From Paraspadella gotoi (Eukaryota; Animalia; Chaetognatha), in assembly GCA_051294375.1 (NCBI GenBank), contig CM119264.1, positions 29,517,182 to 29,581,181 of the forward strand: DNA of 64,000 nt. Direction: 5' to 3'. Shown piece after piece: positions 12,701 through 23,678 of the stretch (its first letter is position 1; each line of letters opens with the position of its first letter). The translations under genes were made by a program, and so were the position numbers. Below the pieces are notes generated by a model. It was not told the DNA's origin. It ran no database searches and was given only the letters and a program-made list of their open reading frames with translations.

Positions 12701-15700
12701 AGAGACGAACGGATAGTTTGAAGAACAAACAGACATACAGACAAAAAAAACACCCAGACAGTCAGACAAAAACAACCAGAAAGACCAAGAGAGAGAAGAC
12801 AGAGAGACAGATAGGCAGACAGACAATCTGACAAATAATGACTCTGACAGACAGAGAGACAAACAAGCATTAAAAAAGTTAAGCAGTCCAACAACCAGAG
12901 AGACCGGAAAGGAAGAGACGGACTGACCGACCGATTAACGCCCAGACAGACGGACCGACCATGAGGATTTACCCCGTAACAAACTCCGCCTTCGATGACG
13001 TTGCAGATGGAGATGATGGAATGATTCTGGGCTCGATTGAGCCACGTCACCGCCACGTGACTGGCGTCGCGCCACACGACAGCAGTGACGTAGAAGTCAC
13101 TGGAAATGAGAGCGACATGTTAGGGAATGAATGAATGAATGAATGAATGAATGAATGAATGAATGAATGAATGAATGAATGAATGAGCGAACGAAGAAAT
13201 TATTTAATGAAAAAAATGTATGTATGAATCAATGAGTGAATCAAAGAATGAATGAATGAATCAATTAATTTATCAATGAATGTATGAATGAATGAATGAA
13301 TGAATGAATGAATGAATGAATGAATGAATGAATGAATCAAAGAATCAATGAGTGAATAAAAGAATGAATGTTTGAATGAATGAACCAATAAATAAATGAA
13401 CCAATAAATGAATGAATGAATGAATGAATGAATGAATGAATGAATGAATGAATGAATGAATGAATGAATGAATGAATGAATGAAAATCAAAACAACTAAC
13501 CCGTCGGCAAACTTCTTGGGCGGAGGGAGTTGGATCTTCTTCTTGGTCTCCAGGTCATGAACGAGGACCGTGACCTGGGGATTCGTGGCGCCCGGTTTGG
13601 GATACCGGATGGATTGCTGTCGGTTGTAGGGGTCCCCGCTTCCGTAGAAGGGAAACGTGTAGAGGGGCACCTGTGAGGGGGGGGAGTAGAAGGAAAGAAG
13701 GAAAGATAAAAGGGTCATCCATCCTTAATGTTTCGCCGCCTTTCTTTCTTTTCTTTCCTTCCTTTCCTTCCTTTCCTTCCTTTCCTTCCTTGCTTCCTTC
13801 CTTTCTTCCCTCCTCTCTCCCTCCCCTCCTCCCTCTCCTCTCTCACTCCCCTCCTCCTCGCCCCCTCCCTCATCTCCTCCCTCTCCTCTTCCCCGTCCTC
13901 CCGCTCCTCCTTCCTCTCATCCCCTCCCCCTCTCCCTCTCCCCTTCCCTTCTCCTCCCCCTCTCCTCCCAACCTTGGAATCGTCAAACTTGACGTAGCAG
14001 ATTCTCCTCAGATCGGGCGCCCACCAGAGGGCGTGGTCTGAGGCGAAGACTTCTTCCTCGTAGACCCAATCTGGGATCCCGTTGTAAATCACATCCGGGT
14101 CGCCGTCGTCTGGAGATGGGATTGGATAGGAGGGATAGGATAGGATAGGATAGGATAGGAGGGAGACAGGGATTTTATATCGAATTAGTTGGTTTCGATA
14201 TATATTTCAATTGTATTTCGTTAAAAAACGAGGCTTTTTAACATTATGATGTCATTTTCGAAGTTTACGTTAATAATACGCTCAATATTACACTTAAACC
14301 ATCATAGGCTGTCCAAAGACGGGGCCACTGTCTATCGAGCTTTTTTTGAAAAGGCTAAACCTGAAACAAGAATTGTTAAACGATGGAATTTTATTTACTT
14401 TTAAGTTTTGACAGTTTTTACAATTGATAATGAAATCGTAATATTTTTAGTTTTAAACACAAAATCGAGTATTTTGTGCTTCTATTCTGGGCGAACAATT
14501 GACAAAAAAAAAACAGATTAAAGTTTTATCAAGCCTCGACCGTAGAATTATTATAAGTTAACATTTAATGAACATTTTTTGGCGAACCAAAACAATTCGT
14601 TCCATAGCAACAACACCAATAACAACAACAACAACAACTTCCTCACTGGTGATCGGCGTCGGTTTCGCCGTCGGTGACGTCATCACGTAGATGTCGTTTC
14701 TAAAAATAAACAAAAGCCTCGATCCGGCGCCCGGCGCCCAATCAGCGAATTGAAGGCGCGCGTAGTCGCCGTTTTTTGGCGGCGTCGTCGGCGGCGTTCG
14801 GGGTCGCGGCGCTCCCGGGTTCGGCAGCGCCGGTCTCGGGCGACGCCGGCGAAGCCAAGTAGCGTTTACGGCGCCCGATCCGACCCCTTTTTCCTTTTTG
14901 GGCCCAGCAATGTAGATGGTTTTTCTGTTGGGGGGAAAAAAAGAGAGGAATTGGTCAAAAATTTGATTGTTATATAAGATACATAGATATAACTTTGTTA
15001 TTATTCACATCACATATAATGAAGAGACAGTGATTATTGTTATGTTTTAGTGACAGAACCGTTCAATATAAGCAGTCCCTGAGCTTCGATCAGGCTGTAA
15101 CACCATATCATCACGCATAAAACGGGGTATATTTTTTCGCAATCGTGTAAACAAAAAGATTTCGGAATCTTCTTTTACCGGTTTTTTTAAATTTCAGATT
15201 TTTTAAAAATTTCTTTTTCCTTAATTTTTTCTTTTTTTTCTCAATTCTTTTTTCTCAATTTTTTTTCAAATAATTAATTCCTAATTACTATTGCATAAAA
15301 AGGTTTTTATTCAATAATTCATACAAAATATCGAGATTGGTTTATTTTTATTAAACATTGCATTCGAAATTCAAATCATTTCAAATCAGATGAAAAGGAT
15401 GAAAATCAGAGAGAGAGACAGTGAGAGAGAGAGAGAGAAAGAGAGAAGAGAGACTCTCTTAGAACTTCTTCAAGTTCAAAGCAAACATCTTGTTAAGGTA
15501 TAGTTGCCGCTAAAAAACCATTGTCAGCAGAATATTGGACTCCGGTATCAATAGAATCTAAAATTTATGATAAAAAGACAGAATTTATCGAAAAGGAAAG
15601 TAAAAACAACTAAATATGTTCTCAAAGATTTTCAAGAAGACTGTTCTCATTTTGTGCGGGCCATACCGTGAGACATATCATGAATTTCAGTAACGAGTTG

Positions 15701-17369
15701 AAAGGTCTTTTCATCCTCTTGAATTCGCCGTATGCGAACGAAAAATTTTTCAGGGAAAAATCAATAAAATGAAGAAAATATCACTTAATTCGCGAATTCC
15801 AACGCGGTAAACGTTTAAACTATTCCTTTTCGGTTTTACCCCATTTTATGCGTGATGTTTACAGGCGGGTTAAGCGCCCCGTCCCTCTTAACTGCCAGAC
15901 GACCACCGGCGAGAACCCCGGACCTTGGGGTTGGAGGCGAATGACTTGCCTCCGGCACCAATGGCCGCAGATGAACGGTTGGTGGATTTAGTACACCATA
16001 ATATCGACATATTTTTAAGCCAACATCAGTGGCTAAAAGAGACAAAACTATTTACTTTATCTTGATTCATAATCATCTTGAGCGACTTTTTTTCTTCAGC
16101 TCATTTCTCAGCATCACAACTTAAATTACGAACTAAAATTTCTCACAAAATAATTGTAAACGCACAATCAAGTTTCAAACTAACCTGGCATCTCTGACGT
16201 AAATGGCGTATTTTGCCAGCGTTGTGTGACGGTACACCTGTAAATGAAAATGTAAAGAGATCAAACTTAAAGACAAGGATGATTCACTCTATCAGCGATC
16301 CAATCCATCACAGAAAATCCATCACAGAAAATCCATCACAGAAAATCCAACACAGAAAACCCAACACAGAAAATCCATCACAGAAACTCACGCTTTCGAT
16401 GTCGTATGAAAGAAGAACATATTTTTGGTCTGGCGAAACTTTAAAACTCAATGAATCAACGTTAAGGCGTCTCTGAAAACAAAAAATTCATTTCGCTGAG
16501 CAGATTTCACTGACAAGAGTTTAGTCTGATTTATGCAAGACTTTGTTACCCCGATTGTTGCTATCCCTTGAAATTTTTACTTTGGTCTGCTATCTGGATT
16601 GCTTTGCCCCATGGAAAGGAAAATTGTACTTCCGACTATCACTACTGATATTCAATAGCTATCCCGAAATTTTGTCAATATTATTTCGATAGTTAATAGC
16701 TATTTCGATAGTCAATTTTAATCTGATAGTCAATAACAATTCTGATAGTCAATAGCAATCCCGATAGTCGATTAAAATTCTGATAGTTAATTTTATTCTG
16801 ATAGTCAATAACAATTTTAAAGTCAGTGGTAATCCCGATAGTCAATAGCTATCGCGATATTCGTTTGCAACACCGATCTTCATTCCCCTCATTCAACTCA
16901 CGAATGTCGTGTTGTCCATTGAAGCTGCCGTCTTCTTGCTCCAGTGACCCGCGTTGTCTCGAACGACGGCTCCGTTTCGATCTTGAAAAATGTATTCATC
17001 GTCTGTGAAAAAAAGAGAGACGATGCTCTTTTATTTTTTTGAACATAAATAATTTAAAATTAAAGAAAAATAGCATATCAATATCATGGAGATTAAATAT
17101 ATTATACGCATATATTTAAACAAATACCGGCTACGTATAGACGATTTTTTTTCGTCGTAAAACCACAAATTAACTCAACAGTCAACGAGTCACGAGTTAT
17201 GTCACAAAAATACGCGACAAAGAAAAAAATGTGTTTTTTTTTCTTTTCGTTTTGTCTTTTCATTTATAAAAAAAGCAACAACGGATGACGACGGTTGCCA
17301 AGGGCGACGGAGTGGAAACTTGAATTTTTTTTTTTTAAATTCTGGAAAAAGGGACGACGACAACGACGC

Positions 17370-17459
<90 letters not shown>

Positions 17460-17573
17460 CGATTGTGACGATGACGATGACGACCACGGCGACGACGACG
17501 ACTACGTCATTTTAACGTGACAAAAAAAAAACGAATGAAAAAAGATAAAAACGACAAAACAAAGAAGAGGAAA

Positions 17574-17641
<68 letters not shown>

Positions 17642-19192
17642 AAGAAAAATGGTGAAAATATTCTCGCGGTTGCGTAAGCTATACGACTGAGAATCTGCGC
17701 ATGCGCGAGAAACTGACGATGGAAGGTAAACAGGGTTGCCACTTGAGAGATTTCCCCTTTGCGTAATATTTGATGTAACATAATAGAAGATTCTCAACGA
17801 CTGAAGTCAATAGTGAAATAAGTTGCCCTTGATACCTACGGAAAATTAATTAAGTTAATTTTTTTATTTATTTAAATTAATTTATTTATTTATTTATTAA
17901 ATTTATTTATTTATTTACGTAGTTTATATATGTATTAATTTATTAGCTTAATGAATTTTCGATTTTTCGAATCACTGATCAATCCAGTCACACCGGAAAA
18001 AGACTAATCATAAACGAGACCGCGAGATATCGTTTCGATAGCGCTCGCTAAAAATAGTTCGCTAGAGCGCAAAAAAGCGATTGAGAGAGAGACGATTGGG
18101 ACTGAGAGCGAGAGGCCTTGACGCGGACGGGGCCTTTGGGGTTTTTGCTTCTCGCGAAAGGAAGGACGAATCGCTATTACGATGGAAATGTAGTAAATAT
18201 TACATTGTAGTACAATTAAGTATAACACAAGCGACTCCCCTCGTTATTACATTGTAGTACAATTAAGTATAACACAAGTGACTCCCCTCGTTATTACATT
18301 GTAGTACAATTAAGTATAACACAAGTGACTCCCATCGTTATTACATTGTAGTACAATTAAATATAACACAAGTGACTCCCCTCGTTATTACATTCTAGTA
18401 CAATTAAATATAACAGAAGAGACGCCCCTCGTTTTTATTTTTAGATAATGTATTATGTAGGCTTTTTATTATCTCTTAAGAGCCGTTGATTGGAGTTTTA
18501 CTAATTATAAAAGTATATAATTATGCGATAATCCTTTCTTTTTCGTTGTTTATTGGTATTAGAGAAAGCAAAGAATTTTGAATTTTTAACAACGATTTTT
18601 AATTAATAGTTGGACATGTTTCGGCTTGTTTACTTCAAGCCTTCATCAGCTTGAAGGCTTGAAGGCTTGAAGTAAACAAGCCGAAACATGTCCAACTATT
18701 AATTAAAAATCGTTGTTAAAAATTCAAAATTCTTTGCTTTCTCTAAAGTATATAATTAAAAAATCGATTGTAAAAACTTAACGGACGCTGAACACATGCT
18801 TGCTAGAGACAGTTTTGGCCTGTAATCTCTCCGCTCTAACTCACCCAAAGCCTATCTGATTTTGGCTTGAATCCCCCAGCCCCAACTCACCCGAAGCCCA
18901 ACTAGCTTGAAAGAGTTTGGGCTTGAATCCCCCAGCCCCAACTCACCCGAAGCCCAACTAGCTTGAAAGAGTTTGGGCTTGAATCGCTCATCGAAAATGT
19001 CCCTGAATTTGAGTCTTTTCCCTTTGAGTCGCTTTTCTTGGTCTTTGGGCCAAACGAGGATGGCCGAGGAAACTATGAGACCTGAAGGGTTTGGGGTAAA
19101 GGGTTTGGGGCAGAAAAGAGGTTTGGGGGAGAGAAGTTGGGGTGGTGAGTGATCGGTTTTAGGGGGGGGTGGACTGTTGACTGTTGACTGTT

Positions 19193-19238
<46 letters not shown>

Positions 19239-20845
19239 CCTAGTAGTACACTAGTACACTTTAGGTGGAAGCAAAAGAATGGAAAGAAGTGAGGAAAAGG
19301 TTTATCAATTGTTTAGGGAAGAGATAATGTAAAGCATTAAATTCAAGATAACTTGAAAAGTTGAAATAAAAATCTTTCTTGCAAGCCTCAGCTTCGAATC
19401 GTATTGTATTTTTGATTAAAACTAAAGTCGGACAAAACTTAATTAGTTTTCATTTTAGCCATGTTGACAATATGTTTTTAGTTAAGATCGATCCGCGAGT
19501 AAAATTTTGTTTAAAACAAATTTGTACAAATCAAAAATGTAATCACGTGGACAAAGACTTTTGTCAAAGAGCTCCGAATCTGCCTTCTGAACTTTAACTT
19601 AATTAATTCTAAAACTAATTTTTTTTTTGGGGGGGGGAAGCCCCCCTTCCGGCAGTTTTAAAGACTGATCCTTCCCCTACGCAAGGCCCCCCCCCCGCGC
19701 CAAACTTGATTAAAGCGTAAAATAATGAAGTCACGTTTTTCCCCTTCCTTCAAGTGGCGCTTACCTTCTCGGTTCCACGGCCTTACCAAGAAAATTTTAT
19801 AAGAAAAAAACATCTTCTTGAAAGAAAAGAAAAAAAACTTTCCCGCCAGGCCGACTTAACTTAACTTACTTAAAACCAATTAGATTAACTTACCTTCCAC
19901 TAGATTAACTTACCTCCGATTAGATTAACTTACCTCTGACTAGATTAACTTACCTCCCACTGCTATGATAACGAGAAAAGCGATCGTGATGCCTTTCCAA
20001 TTCCTGTCCGGTCCGTTTCCGCCCATCAGCTCCTGTGGGACCAAAATGAAATTGTTCGTCAATGGACTTTGAACTGAAAGGAAAATCTTGAAATTAATTT
20101 AATTAATAATCTTTGTTGTATTTTTAATCCCGAAAGAAAAAAAACTAACGTAAAATGAACAACTAAAGCTGAAAGCAAAAGGAAGATACTAAGTATCACA
20201 TGACAGGTTCCCAGAGTGACCGTGTTTCGTTTTCGGTAAAACAAAATAACCGACAACATTAAACAACATAAACTCTGAGCTAACTTAATTACCACGAATC
20301 AGTCAATATCCAGATAGAAATTAATATAAAGAGATGAATATAAAGCAACGTAGCTAGGGTGACAAGCTTACGGTAAAATAGACGAAGACAAAAGCAATAT
20401 CCAAAATGAAGACAAGAAACGAACACCATTCGAACGACATTCTAAAAAGGCTGCAAGACTATCAGACAGCTAAAATGACAAGTTAACAGCAAAAAATGAC
20501 AGGCTGATTGGAAAAAATGACAAGCTGACATCAACAGTGGCTAGGTGACATCAACAATTACAAACTGACTGAAGCGACATCCAGCGACGTCCGAGTTAAA
20601 ACAAAAGACACAGATAGCTCCGAAGAGCCTTGTTTTCGTACTTTGTAGTACTGAGTCCTGTCCATTTTAACTCCTGGCGCCAAAAGTCGATCACCGGCGC
20701 CGACGTGGTTTTGCAGCGGCGCCTCGGTACGGGCGGCGTCGGCGGCGGCGGCATCAGCGTCAGCCGCGGTTCTGCAGGGCTGAAAGTTGGGTTCCCAAGC
20801 GGAGATTTCTCGTCGGCCTCCTTTCACTAAGTCGATGGCGCTCAT
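4901..20845 (-). CDS. Peptidase S9B dipeptidyl peptidase IV family type II membrane protein (DPP4/DPP6/DPP10-like), 21 exons, about 947 aa
   Basis: Exons 20845-20642, 20032-19954, 19081-18947, 17002-16902, 16472-16392, 16237-16185, 14924-14647, 14109-13973, 13670-13501, 13099-12973, 12520-12365, 11993-11854, 11565-11482, 8454-8345, 8102-7924, 7055-6832, 6400-6237, 6072-6008, 5919-5847, 5459-5316, 5040-4901; all GT-AG and phase-consistent. Motifs: RNWKGITIAFLVII (TM), NGIPDWVYEEE, YPKPG, YNGPGSQ, DGRGTG, GWSYGG, HGTADDNVH, YPDKHHGL. The first exon is the least certain. Confidence 0.95.
7355..7780 (+). mobile_element. 5'-truncated LTR ending ...TTCCTTCA followed by an over-extended tRNA-Leu PBS
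   Basis: Flanked by direct repeat (T)TAAATAT at 7347-7354 and 7780-7787; internal AATAAA near 7602; CA at 7730-7731; then ATG and TGGTGGCAGCGGTGGGATTCGAACC... Confidence 0.65.
7735..7780 (-). pseudogene. Reverse-transcribed 3' half of tRNA-Leu including CCA
   Basis: Minus strand reads ACCAGTCTCTTCGGAGACGAGGGTTCGAATCCCACCGCTGCCA-CCA: anticodon-stem 3' strand, long variable arm, T-loop and acceptor of eukaryotic tRNA-Leu (AAG/TAG type). No 5' half. Confidence 0.9.
8712..8791 (-). ncRNA. Twister ribozyme candidate, type P5 (family A, 3' LTR)
   Basis: GTTGGC-AAA-GCGA-GA-CCG-TCCTAGGG-TAA-CCGC-GC-CAGTGA..TCACTG-A-GGG-TCGGAAGC-CCC-AAA-GCCAAC, giving P5, P2 (one C-A mismatch), L1 UAA and GA, P3, P4, T1 CGG/CCG and T2 GC/GC. 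Confidence 0.75.
9200..9281 (-). ncRNA. Twister ribozyme candidate, type P5 (family A, 5' LTR)
   Basis: Same fold as 8712-8791. This copy has one extra base in L4 (TCAGG) that its mirror copy at 10192-10272 lacks. Confidence 0.7.
9711..11286. repeat. Inverted copy of about 8200-9685 across a 25-N gap, with a mirror family A element (10069-10811, +) and mirror DPP exon (about 11018-11127); probable assembly artefact
   Basis: Near-exact reverse complement differing by single-base indels, centred on the N run 9686-9710 and bounded by CT/GA microsatellites. Confidence 0.85.
15020..16000 (-). mobile_element. Solo LTR of family B, split by a TIR element
   Basis: 15020-15108 and 15858-16000 match the LTRs at 60269-60500 and 60684-60916 end to end (tgaagagac...caccata). 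Flanks are ATAA/ATAT. Confidence 0.88.
15109..15857. mobile_element. 749-bp non-autonomous DNA transposon (MITE) with 21-bp TIRs
   Basis: CATCACGCATAAAACGGGGTA (15109-15129) versus TACCCCATTTTATGCGTGATG (15837-15857), one mismatch. It interrupts an otherwise contiguous LTR. No clean TSD. Confidence 0.85.
18200..18433. repeat. 47-bp minisatellite, about 5 copies
   Basis: Head-to-tail unit ttacattgtagtacaattaagtataacacaagtgactcccctcgtta. Confidence 0.95.
18524..18744. mobile_element. Penelope-like retroelement terminal fragment forming a hairpin of about 87 bp
   Basis: Inverted arms at about 18559-18645 and 18660-18746; 14-bp direct repeat aaagtatataatta at 18510-18523 and 18745-18758; contains a minimal hammerhead core. 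Confidence 0.75.
18613..18649 (-). ncRNA. Minimal type I hammerhead ribozyme core (Penelope-type)
   Basis: CTGATGA-A-GGCTTG-AAGTAAA-CAAGCC-GAAA-CATG-TC: conserved boxes, stem II and a palindromic minimal stem III. Stem I is not evident. Confidence 0.75.
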
Positions 20846-21651
20846 AGTATCTAGAGTTGGTCGGTCGATCGTTTGTTAATTGTCTCTGTCTCTGTATCGT
20901 TTTGTTTTACTGAATCTCTCTCGCTCTCTCTTCCAAGGCGGTAGGTGGAATCCCGTTTTATCTCCCTTAATTTAATACTATATAGTTTATATATACATAT
21001 ATTTTAACTTAGATACTTAGATATTAAAATTTTGCATACGTAATTACTAATTATAGTAGTAGGTCCAAATAACTAATCCGAGTTCATCCCGTTTTGTTTA
21101 AAAAAAAAAGGGAAAAAAAACATTTTTTGTTTCCGAGGAAGAAAAATGTTTTGTTTTTTTTTGCCAGAAATCTCAAAGGATATGAGCAACGAGAGAAACA
21201 TGCAATGATCAGTTCCGAACCAACGAGAGAAACTAGGAAAAACGACGATGACGATGAAGCCAAAGACAACGACGATGATGACGACGACGAAGACGACGAC
21301 GATGAAGACGATGACGACCAGACCATAAGGTTAGAGAGTTTCAATCCGCATGAATTCCTTTCTGCTTTTTCCGCTAAAAACACTTTTTTTAAAACTTTTT
21401 TTAACAAAAATGTAATGAACCGTATTAGTAAGGTTACTCTCTTAATAAGTTATTTCTTTTTTCGTTTTCTTTTTTTAGACCAAAGTAGTTTTACTCTATT
21501 CTTGGCTCTTTTGTTTCTTGTCTTTCTACGCACAGTTAATGGGATCATTGAGTTCAGCGACATCTCGAGGGTCAACGACGACGACGACGACGACGACAAT
21601 CGTAAAAAATGAAACAAGATTCGAAATTCGGCGAAAAGATGAAGACTTTTT

Positions 21652-21730
<79 letters not shown>

Positions 21731-22420
21731 GGAATTTTATTCGTGGGAAAATTAAAAAAGGGGAAAAAAAATAATTCAGTGACTTGAAAAAAATTTAGGT
21801 TGTAACTTGTATATTTCGGTATAATTAAGTACGAATTTACAAAACAATCTGTTATACTTGACTGGTAATGTCTTTATCTTCGCTGTAACTCTCTCTCTCT
21901 CTCTCTCTCGTTGGTTTTCCTGGTTGGATTCAACAATTTGGTTAATGCTTTCCATTTTAGCTCAGCTCGATAACGTGAGGTAATAAAGTGAGTTGCATTT
22001 GCGATGCATTTTGAGCTCAAATTCACACATTGCTGTCTACACCTGGATTCAAGTACGTACGTTTACATTGTACGTCTCAACCACACTAATATCCAAAGTC
22101 CCTATTTGCTTTGCATCTGCTAACTTCAGTACCTGATTGTATCCAACACCTGCATTGCCTTCCACCATCTGCAACATACCTGGATCTGCATCTGAGCGTT
22201 GGTAGCCGCTCGACGTTGCATCTTTTCCGGATCCACAATTTTTTTCATTCGTTCTATTTTCTTTTCTTTTCCGCGTAATAATTTATATTTTTGTTTTTTT
22301 GAAAATAGTATAAATTACATAAAAATAATGAAGAAATTAACAGCGGCTTAGATTCGCCTTTTTTTCGTTTAAAAAAAAACGGTTTTTGTTGAGAGAAAAG
22401 TGGTGACAGGATAAAGAAAG

Positions 22421-22512
<92 letters not shown>

Positions 22513-23579
22513 GGTGTTAGCACTAAGCAGCTATCGCCGGTTTAATTCCTAATGACGTTCCATCTTGTTTTTTTTCTTTTTTGTTTCTTTTTGGTTACTG
22601 GTTTTGTTTTCTTCTTCTTCTTTTTGTTTCAGCTTCGATTTTGTTTTGTTTTTGGTGGTTTTTTTAACATTTCTCATGTGTAGAATCAAGATTAATAATA
22701 TTTTCTTTGTTGATTTGCTTGTCAGTTTTTTTGTGTGTTTTTTTGTGGTTTTTTTATTTTTACGTTTTTCTACCGATTTTTATCACCGAATTCGATTTCA
22801 TCAATTATTGCACAGAAGCCGACGAAAAGACTTCTTACTCACGAAATCAACTGTTTTCTTCCTTTAAATTGCTGACTTCTTATTCAATTACATTTTTTTC
22901 TGATACTTTTTATTTACATACATACAGATTTTTACGTTTCGCTCTTTCTCTATTTTAAATTTGTTTCCGTTTATTCTTAATTTCTTCCACATTCGCTTTT
23001 CCCAATTTCCTTAAATTTCACTTTCCTCTTCCTTGTCTTTTCTTCTCTTTCTTTTTCTTTTCTTTTTTCTCTTTCTTTTCTTTTCCTTTTCTTTTTCTTA
23101 TCTTTCTTTTCTTTTCCTTTTTTCTCGCGTCCTCTTTCCTCTTCGACAAATGTCGGTCTCTTGTCGGTCACGATTGTCGGCCAAAATGTCGTCAATGATT
23201 TAGGCGACGAATTAAAGTAACGAGAGGCGATGATATAAGAGATATTTTATAAGAGATGTCAGCGAAGATGTCAGTGAAGATGTCAGCGATGTCAGCGGCG
23301 AAATCCGCGCGGTAGAGAGAGTCAATGTTGTCAATATCAAATACCTTGACTCTCTTTCCCCAAAAATGCCGTACTATCTTCAGTATTCCATTATGCCGTC
23401 TTTCTCTGCCTGATGTCGTCCTATGTGTATCCCAGATGCCGAATGCTCTCCTCTCTGTCTCTCTCTCATAAATACCGTCCTCTTTTCTTTCCTTCTTTCC
23501 TTTCGTTTTTCCAAAACTCTCTTAAGTTTCTCGTCCTAAGCTTCGATGCCGCGTTTCAGCATTTCATTATCTCGTACGG

Positions 23580-23678
<99 letters not shown>

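Noticed and set aside
18200-18433. Regular repeat array resembling CRISPR
   Set aside because: No unique spacers and the context is a eukaryotic intron; it is a plain minisatellite.
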